Of a DNA stretch of 64,000 bases, positions 36,301 through 43,035 are shown piece after piece. A program made the position numbers and the translations under genes. Origin of the DNA: an uncultured Rickettsiales bacterium (GTDB taxonomy: Bacteria > Pseudomonadota > Alphaproteobacteria > RF32 > CAG-239); assembly GCA_900551865.1 (NCBI GenBank), contig URXV01000004.1:5597-69596 (forward strand). The letters run 5' to 3'. The notes under the pieces are model-generated. The model ran no database searches. It had not been told where the DNA came from and saw nothing but the letters and a program-made list of their open reading frames with translations. Each line of letters begins with the position of its first letter. Position 1 is the stretch's first letter.

Positions 36301-36940
36301 CGAAGTCATCGGCGAAGATATTGTCATAGATGTTCAGGGCAATGTAAAAGGGTATCTGAACGCGTTCGGAGATATCATTGACGTTGAAGACAAAATTGCG
36401 GCGACAGTCCTTCCCGGCGGTACGTCAAACAAAAACTATAGTGTCCTGAAACATGGGGTCGTTTTGGATTATTCGGGGCGCATAATCGGGCAGGTCGTAG
36501 CGGATGGGTCGGTAGTTTCGGCTGACAATCGCCGCATCGGAAAAATACTGAGCTCAGGGCAGGCTGTTAATGACAGGGGGATTCTCTTAGGAGAAATCGT
36601 TGAAGGGGATATTGTAATAAACGAACAGGACAAAGTGGTTGGTTTTGTTAATGCCGAAGGAAAAGTACTGGACGAGGAGCAGTCTGTTATAGGAAAAATG
36701 ATTTCTTCAAATTTAGTTGTAGATAACAATGGAAAAATTATGGGACATCCGTATAAAATAGGTGCTAATATACTAGGGAACGGAGGAAAATATTTTGGTC
36801 GCCTTGCCCCGAACGGCAATGTGCTGAGTATAACAAACGGAAGGATTGGATATTTGAAGAGCAACGGCTCATATATAAATATCAGAAATCAGGTTTCCGG
36901 ATATGTATTGGATGAAGTCGCTCAAAACCGGAGGAACTGA
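30353..36940 (+). CDS. Giant single-pass membrane protein made of ~100 copies of a 17-residue repeat
   Basis: ATG at 30353 overlaps the virB9 stop (ATGA); the ORF is open from TTG 30332. Short basic N-tail plus one TM (IILTIGIIAGIFFLFGLLVI), then a ~170-aa non-repeat domain. The rest, to the C-terminus, is the unit (I/V/L)G-x-(V/I)-x-x-DG-x-(V/I)-x-D-x-x-G-x-(V/I). Confidence 0.85.
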   Translation: MNENTRFEEYERKTRKIILTIGIIAGIFFLFGLLVISSDEENYNPEETSPDFVENQNILPDVSVDTEPVFIDAEDTPASERKKPIKVTPAQINMNKFILGVDTQNQSVLTIGTDGSESIHIERVELVEETEDGFEFRDKCRNRDLRGDETCNVLITWVPHLPGNVQNNFKIIWYETRLDKSSAKSEEVSIKGSAVYPEDTRQGCDASTGCSIGGDGIGAHRLAIGPNGEIIGYIDEAGNVHDRDGNIIGRVNEDGMVVDSDGNIIGVAQNMKLAYDKDGNIIGYVKTDGTVVDLQGEVIGKALPDGTIVNSKGEVIGKAVEAGFVYDENGKIIGRVLPDGTVVDINDPKKIIGRLNENGEVVDENGNVIGKVTSSGNIVVDENGNVLGVVMPDNSVVDKDGNIVGYVDENGNVYRVAEEKIGTNGESRKIVYDKDGKAVGYVDENGKVVKFSKDDKPKVIGKVGASRRLAYDKDGNVIGYVDKDGTVRDFKGNTIGKMDKDGNIVGKDGKIIGKAGAYAKLALDKDGKVIGHIDEQGRVFDHNGKHIGNVDKNGNIISTERAGNSADKKRIALGKDGKPIGYIDDDGNVVDFDGNVIGKVNDKGDIIDKNGRRIGSAGDYATLAFDKSGKVMGIVDDKGRVIGKDGKLLGFVDKDGKIIGTNGKIIGKAGTSRRLAYDKNGKFIGYVDTDGTVKGCGGIVLGKVDKDGNILDKNNRVIGKAGEVRELAFNGKGVFIGYIDDKKRVIDCSGKIIGVVDKNGNIIESSGENLGTAGNFKRLAYDKDGKVIGYVTPDGTVKDFKGNLIGRMSADGTILDKKGRAVGKAGDFRKVATDKNGNIIGYVDEHGRVVDEKGKIVGFIDKNGNVVKAGDTVIGKTCVRKKVVYNRRNQIIGFVEANGTVKDFNNKVIGNDKNGDVADTKGILIGKTGIALNVVRRSDDVVIGYVDDKNYVRGNENKIAGLVDLKGNVLAVRENIIGKLDADKKTLRDKGGEIIGYMKNNNFAFDKSNEIIGYVNDKGEVVASGEIICTACKSARLAYDKNGNILGYVDENGNVIGPDGKIVGYVDKDGNVIGANGEIIGKIGDGRRLALDKNGKVIGYIEPDGTVKDFKGNILGKVDKDGNIVDKDGNIIGKAGAERRLALDKDGKVLGYVDENGRVIDENGNVLGMVDKDGNIIGINGDIIGSVGEAKNLAYDKDGNIIGYVGENGEVRDFAGNTLGYVDDNGNILNNTGEIIGSVGKNGKLAYDKDGNVIGYVDENGNVYDFDGNLIGKANPDGTITDQYGRVIGRVGGTAGLAVDKDGNVIGYIGEDGNVYKENGELLGFLDDDGNVVGVTGEVLGKADISKRLAYDKDGKVIGYIDDDGTVHDFDGNLVGYLGEDGTIHDINGNIIGKAGDLSKVVVDENGKVIGYVDDKGHVIGNGGKVIGFVAEDGTVHGSSGEVIGRLAQNGSGTLSVVNRRAVLDGNGNVIGYVDENGNARDFDGNILGTVQEDGSIKDSSGKIVGRAGDNMEFTADENGKITGKVGEYSNLAVDNDGNVIGYVGKDGKVYDADGLVIGFIDENGNVITSRGIKIGAVIKKDMIAVSPNGYSLGSINNRGEVVNAKDEVIGKILPNSLIRATEGNSIIGKTVVGGLAVGWGCRHYGYVDRDAKVKKDGQDTGYRMLFDRSIVDKDGNYTGDVAKIGWVRDDKCNIIGKAGSDGYVRGENGEYVGCVNPDGGVLNPDGKVIGKVFEMSYALYYSGEMMGLLTPDGSIKSGAGTVGCANLQGEVLNKDGFIVGQVMDKSQAYDLNGKFINNLSTFGYDSTEVIPNTKILLNRLIVNPKKEIKGIVLPEKNIVVDSNGKVIGHLFADGYVYNQKGIAVDRFIYDGSSFYANRPGRLLPQGNVVDFNGDYIGFVNGDGTVIDVLGTVLGRIDAKGRMFNEKGEYKGGVLQTGVGIGYDGSYLGYVSKSGKVIDVDGNMSGLVSSDGHVLDKNKQIIGEVIGEDIVIDVQGNVKGYLNAFGDIIDVEDKIAATVLPGGTSNKNYSVLKHGVVLDYSGRIIGQVVADGSVVSADNRRIGKILSSGQAVNDRGILLGEIVEGDIVINEQDKVVGFVNAEGKVLDEEQSVIGKMISSNLVVDNNGKIMGHPYKIGANILGNGGKYFGRLAPNGNVLSITNGRIGYLKSNGSYINIRNQVSGYVLDEVAQNRRN
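31620..35080 (+). repeat. Higher-order in-frame tandem repeat (~57 aa / ~170 nt, about 20 copies) inside the giant gene
   Basis: The recurring block is KAG-x4-LAYDKDGKVIGYVDEDGTVKDFKGNxIGKVDKDGNIVDKDGxIIG. Many exact 15-20-nt DNA matches recur, such as gataaagacggcaatattgt. The copy number is an estimate by eye. Confidence 0.7.
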
Positions 36941-36941
36941 T

Positions 36942-39900
36942 TTGCGCATTAAGATATTTGGATTAGGCAGGATTATATTGTCTGCGGCGTTGTTTTGGAG
37001 TATCAGCCAGAATGCCGTTGCAGCAGATATGAGTGCGCTTAATTTTAATGGAGATCTTATCGGTAAAGTCATTCCGGACGGTTCTGTTATTAACTTCAAT
37101 AATGAGCTTGTCGGTCATATTACGGCTGACGGCTTTGTGTTAAATGAGGATAACAGCCTGGCAGGCGGCATTGTTCCGCAGGGAATAGCCATATCTTATA
37201 ACAACAGCATCTTGGGAAAAGTCAACAATGACGGTTCTGTAACATCAATTAACGATAATCTTGTCGGAAAGGTTCTGCCCAATGGTTTGGTTGTAAATGA
37301 TAATTATGATGTACTGGGAGCCGTGGTCTCTCCCGGGCTAGTTTACAATGATTCGGGCAGTATCGTCGGAAGAGTTTCCGGAGACGGGCGTTTTTATAAT
37401 CTTGCGGGAGAAAATTCGGGGTTTGTAACCGCGGCAGGATATGCTTACGGCTATGCCGGAAGCGAAAGAAAAATCTTTTTGGCCGGCAGGTTGATTTCTT
37501 CCAAGATGGTTGTTTCATCGCAGGGGAAATTTTTGGGAAGTATCGCCCCGGACGGAAAAGTAATTGATTTGAAGAAAAATGTTATCGGCAATATTCACGC
37601 CAACGGTTTTGCATACAGCCCAGACAATCAGGTAATAGGCCATGTTGTCGAGGGCGGGTATGCTTTTGCTCTTGACGGAAGTTATATGGGGGTTGTCAGC
37701 TACAACGGAGAAGTCGTCAATAATGGTACGGTTGTTGCCCTGGCAGTTAGCGGCAATCGCGTTATTAACAGGGAAGGCGGCATTATTGGCTTTACCGTAA
37801 GTATGTCTGCTACGGCTAATACGTTGGACGGGAAATATCTCGGGCGGATTACGGCAGACGGAAAAATCGTACGGGGGCGAAATAAGGTTGGAAAAATCGG
37901 CGCATCCGGGCATGTTATAGATGACAAAGGGACGATTATTGGCACCGTAAATGCAACCGGGCCGATATTTGATTATTTAGGACAGCTTCGGGCAAATGCT
38001 TCGATTGGCGGAAAGGTCGTTTCTTTGGAAGGCGTTGACTTGGGGATAATGAAATCCGATGAAGCTTTTGATGGCAACGGCAAACGCATCGGTAAAATCT
38101 TGTCTGAGCGGCTAAATTTTAACAACAGCAATGACTTCATCGGTATCAGTGGCGTTAATTCAGTTTTGGAAGTTGGCGGAAAAACTTATAGAATATCGCC
38201 TTATGGCTATGTTTTCAATGAAACGGGAAATGTTAACGGAAGAAATTTCAACTTTGGCGACATTTATTCTCCTGAGGGAACAGCCCTGTCCTACACATCA
38301 GGCAATGGAAAAACAGAAAACGGTTCTCTGAATGAAATTGCTCGATTAACCGGCTCCGGTATATTTCTGGATAAAAATGATAAGCCGTTAGGTAAAATAA
38401 TTGAAGACAAATATATAACGGACTTTTCTGGAGAAAGTCTGGGAACTGTCAATTCGACAAATCTGGTTGTAAACGGGCAGAATAAGGCTTTTGCCAAAGT
38501 ATTGCCGGATGGCAGCGTTGTGAGCCTTTCCGGTCGGATTTCCCGGAATTACGGTAGAGCCGGAAGTGCCCCGGTAAGCATCAGCATAAACGGCGACTAT
38601 CTGGGAACGAATTTAATAAGCGGACAGGTTGTAAACGGAAATGAAACGGTCGGAAAAATAAGCTCTAACGGATACGTTTTGGATAACATGGGAGCGTTGT
38701 ACGGAACTGCTCTCTCTATGGGAGCCGTTGTTTCGCCTGAGTGCGGATTTTTAGGCGTAGTTTCTGACGGCGGAGAGGCAAGAACAAGCAAAGACGCATA
38801 TTTGGGAATGGTTTTGGCAAATGGTCAGGTTGTTAATGAAACGGAGCAGGTCGTCGGCCATGTCATCCACCCGCGTACGGTAATTGGCGAAAACGGAACG
38901 TCAATTGGGGTGTTAAGTCCGTTGGGAACGGCTCTGAACTATAAAAATCAGAATTTGGGATGTCTGGATATCAATGGTAAAGTTCGAAATGCCCAGAAAG
39001 AAATTATCGGTCAGATAATCCCGTATATGTCGGTAATGGGGTTTGATGATAAAATTATCGGATATACGGATTTTTATGGTAATGTGGCAGATAGTTCCGG
39101 AATTCAAACCGCTGTTATTGATTTAGACGGCAGTATTAAGGCCAAAGATGGGCGCAATATTGGTGTTCCTTTTAAATACACGGTAGCTTTTGACCGGAAT
39201 AACGTTTATCTTGGGCGCGTAAAGGCTGATGGCAGTGTAGTTTCCGATAGCGGCGAAACTTTGGGGCAAGTTAGGTATAACGGCGAAGTAATCACTAAAA
39301 ATGGCGGGAACGGCTACGCGTTATATGATTTGTATGTCTATGACAATGAGGGGAAAACCGTCGGATATATCGCCAAAAACGGTCGGGTTTACAGCGTAAT
39401 GGGAGAAATTATCGGAACTGTTTATCAGGGATTTGTACTGGATAAAAAACAGAATTTAATCGGTAGAGGAGCAAGGGGCTATGAAATTCTTGATGCGCAG
39501 AAACAGGTAATAGGTCATTTGAAGTTAGATGGTTCGGTTGTTAATGTCAAAAATGTAGAAGTTGGAAAACTTCAGCCGGATGGAAAGGTAACGGATGCTG
39601 GCGGCAACGTAATTGCTGTGGCCGAAAAACTCCAATATTATCAAAAACCGGTTGAACCGGAAAATGGAGTAAAGACGGCTGTTGAAACCAAAGGTGAAGA
39701 AACGGAAAATAAAACTCCGGCAGACGAAATTCATGAACAAGACGAAACTGATAAAACAGCAGAAAGCAGTGATGCGCAGTCAGGCATATCCACGGAGGAA
39801 GAAAATATCCCGGAGCTGACCGAGGAAGAAAAAGAGGCCGCTGATACCAAAATAAACCATAAAGTCATAGGGATAGCCGTAACACCGGGAGGAAGGTATA

Positions 39901-41264
39901 TCGGTGATGTATACAGCAATAATAAGGTAATAGATGAAACCGGAACCGTTGTTGGCAACATGGGAGAAAATGGCGAAATCACCGATAACGAGGGGAATAC
40001 GGTAGGCTCTCTGCAAGAGCAGAAATCGGAAGATGCCAAAAATATTAATACAAGATGGTGGCAGCAGATTGCAAGCGGAGCTACGGTTAATCCCTGGGAT
40101 TACCGAAACGAAGTAACCAATGTCGGTCCCGGCGGCGGTATAGGTCCCGGCGGCAGATATAATCCGAAACGTGCCGCTATATTGTCCCAGCTGCAGGAAG
40201 AGCGCCGTAGGACAATGACTGCGGCAAAAGTAATGCCCGGCTATAATGCTGCTTCATACACCGGTTGGCAGGACGATTGGGGGATAAACCGGGCAGTTTC
40301 GACTTTGCGGGTTAATATGGATAATATGATTACCGCAGATAAACCGATACCGGCTGTTTTGGCCAGATCCTTGATTTCTTTGGGTGAAGCGCCTGTTACT
40401 GCAATTGTGGAAAGGAATGTGTACGGAGATTCGGGGCGTAACGTTATTATTCCGGCCGGAAGCCGGGTAATCGGCGGGCTGCAGACAGTAGATGTAGAAA
40501 GCCGTTTTGACAATTCAAGTGGCGGTGTCAAACTTGAAATATCTTGGAGCAGGATAATTCGTCCTGACGGGATTGCATTTCTTCTGGATGCAGGAAGGAC
40601 GCAGACCGGTGATGCGCAGGGGCGCGGTGGCGGCGCTTTGGGATATGTTGATGAACAGCTGGTCAAAAAATATACGTTGCCAATCGTAGGAACGATGGTC
40701 AGCTCGGCAATAACGTATATGATGGCTGCTGATGAAGACAGTACCGGAGAGGTGGAAACGTCCAAACAGCAGGCAGCAACAGATGCCCGGCAGGAATTTA
40801 TGGATAAGATGGATCAGATATTGCAGGAAATTATTGACAGCAAATCGCAAATTCAGCCGGTTACCTATGTTCCGGCCGGAACAAGAATAATCATTTATCC
40901 GATGACCGATTTGTGGCTGAGAAGTACGAAAGATATTGAAAAGAACGTTGAGACAGCGCGTCCGGGCGGCGGAGACGGCGGTTTGGTCAACGAAGTATAT
41001 CCTGACGATGGCGGGACAAGAAGCACATCTCAGGTAGAAGGAAATAATGCCAATAACAGCCAGAAGGTTATTTTGGGCAATCAGGCGCAGACCAACAATA
41101 ATAGCGGTGGTGATGGCCTTGTAAACGAAAATCCGCAGAATAATCCGAATGCTCCTCAGCCGAGAAAGAATATCGGGGCAATTCCGCCGCCGGCAGCAGA
41201 CGGATCGGTCACGGAAGCTCCCGAGAGTGAAGAAGAAATATCCGGCGATATTGAACTGTTCTAA
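36942..41264 (+). CDS. virB10: VirB10/TrbI-family protein with ~900-aa N-terminal 17-residue-repeat region (CagY-like architecture)
   Basis: RBS GGAGGA then TTG at 36942 (the ORF also has ATGs at 36903 and 36912). N-terminal anchor/signal IFGLGRIILSAALFWSISQNAVA. About 50 repeat units follow (LIGKVIPDGSVINFNNE, LVGHITADGFVLNEDNS ...), then an acidic linker. The VirB10 C-terminal domain is at 40335-40920 (PAVLARSL..VTAIVERNVYGDSGRNVIIPAGSRVIG..WSRIIRPDG..TYVPAGTRIIIYPMTDLW). A ~110-aa Gly/Asn/Pro-rich tail ends the protein. Confidence 0.8.
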   Translation: MRIKIFGLGRIILSAALFWSISQNAVAADMSALNFNGDLIGKVIPDGSVINFNNELVGHITADGFVLNEDNSLAGGIVPQGIAISYNNSILGKVNNDGSVTSINDNLVGKVLPNGLVVNDNYDVLGAVVSPGLVYNDSGSIVGRVSGDGRFYNLAGENSGFVTAAGYAYGYAGSERKIFLAGRLISSKMVVSSQGKFLGSIAPDGKVIDLKKNVIGNIHANGFAYSPDNQVIGHVVEGGYAFALDGSYMGVVSYNGEVVNNGTVVALAVSGNRVINREGGIIGFTVSMSATANTLDGKYLGRITADGKIVRGRNKVGKIGASGHVIDDKGTIIGTVNATGPIFDYLGQLRANASIGGKVVSLEGVDLGIMKSDEAFDGNGKRIGKILSERLNFNNSNDFIGISGVNSVLEVGGKTYRISPYGYVFNETGNVNGRNFNFGDIYSPEGTALSYTSGNGKTENGSLNEIARLTGSGIFLDKNDKPLGKIIEDKYITDFSGESLGTVNSTNLVVNGQNKAFAKVLPDGSVVSLSGRISRNYGRAGSAPVSISINGDYLGTNLISGQVVNGNETVGKISSNGYVLDNMGALYGTALSMGAVVSPECGFLGVVSDGGEARTSKDAYLGMVLANGQVVNETEQVVGHVIHPRTVIGENGTSIGVLSPLGTALNYKNQNLGCLDINGKVRNAQKEIIGQIIPYMSVMGFDDKIIGYTDFYGNVADSSGIQTAVIDLDGSIKAKDGRNIGVPFKYTVAFDRNNVYLGRVKADGSVVSDSGETLGQVRYNGEVITKNGGNGYALYDLYVYDNEGKTVGYIAKNGRVYSVMGEIIGTVYQGFVLDKKQNLIGRGARGYEILDAQKQVIGHLKLDGSVVNVKNVEVGKLQPDGKVTDAGGNVIAVAEKLQYYQKPVEPENGVKTAVETKGEETENKTPADEIHEQDETDKTAESSDAQSGISTEEENIPELTEEEKEAADTKINHKVIGIAVTPGGRYIGDVYSNNKVIDETGTVVGNMGENGEITDNEGNTVGSLQEQKSEDAKNINTRWWQQIASGATVNPWDYRNEVTNVGPGGGIGPGGRYNPKRAAILSQLQEERRRTMTAAKVMPGYNAASYTGWQDDWGINRAVSTLRVNMDNMITADKPIPAVLARSLISLGEAPVTAIVERNVYGDSGRNVIIPAGSRVIGGLQTVDVESRFDNSSGGVKLEISWSRIIRPDGIAFLLDAGRTQTGDAQGRGGGALGYVDEQLVKKYTLPIVGTMVSSAITYMMAADEDSTGEVETSKQQAATDARQEFMDKMDQILQEIIDSKSQIQPVTYVPAGTRIIIYPMTDLWLRSTKDIEKNVETARPGGGDGGLVNEVYPDDGGTRSTSQVEGNNANNSQKVILGNQAQTNNNSGGDGLVNENPQNNPNAPQPRKNIGAIPPPAADGSVTEAPESEEEISGDIELF
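37050..39600 (+). repeat. 17-residue repeat region of the VirB10-like protein
   Basis: Same periodicity and consensus as the upstream giant, but more diverged and less charged. A few more units follow the acidic linker (39860-40010). Confidence 0.65.
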
Positions 41265-41293
41265 AGTTTAATACTGTCGGGCAGGCTTCAAAA

Positions 41294-41322
41294 CTTGACG
41301 AAAAAGGGCAGACGTGGTACAA
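41294..41322 (+). promoter_or_regulatory. Near-consensus sigma70-type promoter (TTGACG-17-TACAAT with TGn) upstream of virB11
   Basis: -35 TTGACG at 41294-41299, 17-nt spacer, TGG then TACAAT at 41317-41322. It sits 41 nt upstream of ATG 41363. Confidence 0.55.
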
Positions 41323-41362
41323 TAAAACAAAATGGAAAATATTTTTTTGGAGTAAGAAAGTT

Positions 41363-42343
41363 ATGGGAAAGTTGGACGATGAGGTGCTCTGCTCCGTTTT
41401 GAGGCCGCTTGCCTATTGGTATGAACAGGAAAATATCGAGGAAGTTGCAATCAACCATCCCGGAGATATTTGGCTCCGCTTGCGCGGAAAACGGGCTTTT
41501 CCTTGGGTAAACTATAAAGACCCCAAACTCTCAAGAGAATATTTGACCAATCTTCTGCATATTATTGCCAATTTGAATGATCAGGAGTTTGATCCTATTA
41601 ACGGGTCTCCTGTAGTTTACGCCCGAATTCCCGGAGGGCATCGTTTCACCGGCGTGGCCGGAAAAAACATTGAATACGATTTGGACGATTCGGCAACGGG
41701 GGGCATAGCCATAACAATACGTCTTCATACGGATGATGTTGCTTTCGGTTTTGGCGATTACGGGCTGGAGCAAGGTAAAAGGCTAAAGGAAATAAATCCG
41801 TTAAAAAACATAAAAGACCCGGATGACGCTTATGAACGTCTTCTTCTTGCGTTACGCCGCGGAGACCATATTCTTGTCAGCGGTGGTACCGGTACCGGTA
41901 AAACGACGTTGTTGAACAATTTGCTAAAGCTTTTGGATATTCATAAGAGGGTTATTACCGTAGAGGATACGCGGGAACTTAATGTGCCGCAGCCAAACCA
42001 TGTTCACATCGTCCTGTCGCGTACGGAACAGACTAACAGTATGGATTATTCCAAAGTTATCGACTTGATTGTGCGTTTTACGCCTGATGCCATTATTGGC
42101 GGTGAGATTTCAACCAGCAATGCTGCCGCCATCTGGGAACTGATGGGTTCCGGTCATGATAACTGCTTGGCGACAATCCATGCGGAAAGTTCGACTGCTG
42201 CCTATGAAGCGTTTGTAAAACGTATAATGCGCACTCAGCCTCACATTGATGTGGAAAAAACCATTGAAGAAATGCGTCGCAAACTCCATGTCGTCCAAAT
42301 TGTCCGAGATGGAAACATCCGCGGCATAACCGAAATCACCTGA
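41363..42343 (+). CDS. virB11: VirB11/TrbB-family T4SS ATPase
   Basis: 326 aa. Walker A GGTGTGKTT, VITVEDTRE, and His box GHDNCLATIHA. Confidence 0.9.
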   Translation: MGKLDDEVLCSVLRPLAYWYEQENIEEVAINHPGDIWLRLRGKRAFPWVNYKDPKLSREYLTNLLHIIANLNDQEFDPINGSPVVYARIPGGHRFTGVAGKNIEYDLDDSATGGIAITIRLHTDDVAFGFGDYGLEQGKRLKEINPLKNIKDPDDAYERLLLALRRGDHILVSGGTGTGKTTLLNNLLKLLDIHKRVITVEDTRELNVPQPNHVHIVLSRTEQTNSMDYSKVIDLIVRFTPDAIIGGEISTSNAAAIWELMGSGHDNCLATIHAESSTAAYEAFVKRIMRTQPHIDVEKTIEEMRRKLHVVQIVRDGNIRGITEIT

Positions 42344-42393
42344 AAACGGATAACGGAAATTTTATCGGAATTCCTTGCGCAAAACAGCAAATG

Positions 42394-43035
42394 TTACAGC
42401 AAATCTGCCGTTTCTGCCTTTAGCTCATCTAAATACAAATTTTTTTCCGAACTTGTTTTCAGAACCGTAACATGGGCAGCTGTATGTTCTCTGACAATTT
42501 TATCCGTTGCCGTCAAAACCTTTTCCAGTTCTTTGGCGCTTATCTTGTCAATTTTGGTTAAGACAATCTGATAAGTTACCGCAGCTTTGTCCAGCATTTC
42601 CATAATTTCCTCATCGATTTTTTTTATGCCGTGGCGGGAGTCAATCAATAAAAAAACTCTCCTTAGGGTTGCCCTGCCAACTAAATAGGAATTAATCAGT
42701 TTCTGCCAGTTTTTAACAATATCTTTCGGAGCCTTGGCAAAACCATAACCGGGTAAATCAACCAGATAGAGTTTGTCATCAAGGTTAAAATAATTGAGCT
42801 GCTGTGTCCGTCCCGGCGTCGACGAAGTTTTTGCCAGTTTTTTTTGGCCGAAAAGAGCATTAATCAAACTGGATTTCCCGACATTGGAGCGGCCGGCAAA
42901 AGCCACTTCCACCCTGTCGCCGTCCGGTAGCTGATTCAAATTTGCAACACTTAAGACGAAATCGCATTTTTTATTAAAAAGTTCCCGTCCGCGTGCCAAA
43001 CGCTCTTTTTTTTCTTCAGAGATGTCTTCAGCCAT
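42394..43035 (-). CDS. engB: Ribosome biogenesis GTPase EngB/YihA
   Basis: G1 GRSNVGKSS and G3 DLPGYG. It follows yidC with a 1-nt overlap. Confidence 0.9.
   Translation of the reverse strand: MAEDISEEKKERLARGRELFNKKCDFVLSVANLNQLPDGDRVEVAFAGRSNVGKSSLINALFGQKKLAKTSSTPGRTQQLNYFNLDDKLYLVDLPGYGFAKAPKDIVKNWQKLINSYLVGRATLRRVFLLIDSRHGIKKIDEEIMEMLDKAAVTYQIVLTKIDKISAKELEKVLTATDKIVREHTAAHVTVLKTSSEKNLYLDELKAETADLL

Noticed and set aside
30667-36864. Numerous 60-145-aa ORFs on the minus strand, and in other plus-strand frames, inside the giant repeat gene (for example 32453-32890, 34160-34456 and 36469-36864)
   Set aside because: They are by-products of the repetitive, stop-poor codon pattern of the sense frame (GAT AAA GAC GGC AAT ...). 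They lack RBSs, have odd composition, and all lie within one continuous 6.6-kb ORF.
36903-36942. Programmed frameshift or sequencing error fusing the 2200-aa giant and the VirB10 homologue into one ~3600-aa protein
   Set aside because: The downstream frame only opens at 36879. A strong GGAGGA RBS sits 6 nt before TTG at 36942, and the second protein begins with its own hydrophobic anchor or signal sequence. Two separate genes is the simpler reading.
161-42343. Calling the pilus plus T4SS block an integrative conjugative element or plasmid segment
   Set aside because: No integrase, relaxase, coupling protein, replication gene, tRNA target or flanking direct repeats are visible in the window. 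The right edge runs straight into core genes. The left boundary is unseen, so this is left open in a finding rather than asserted.
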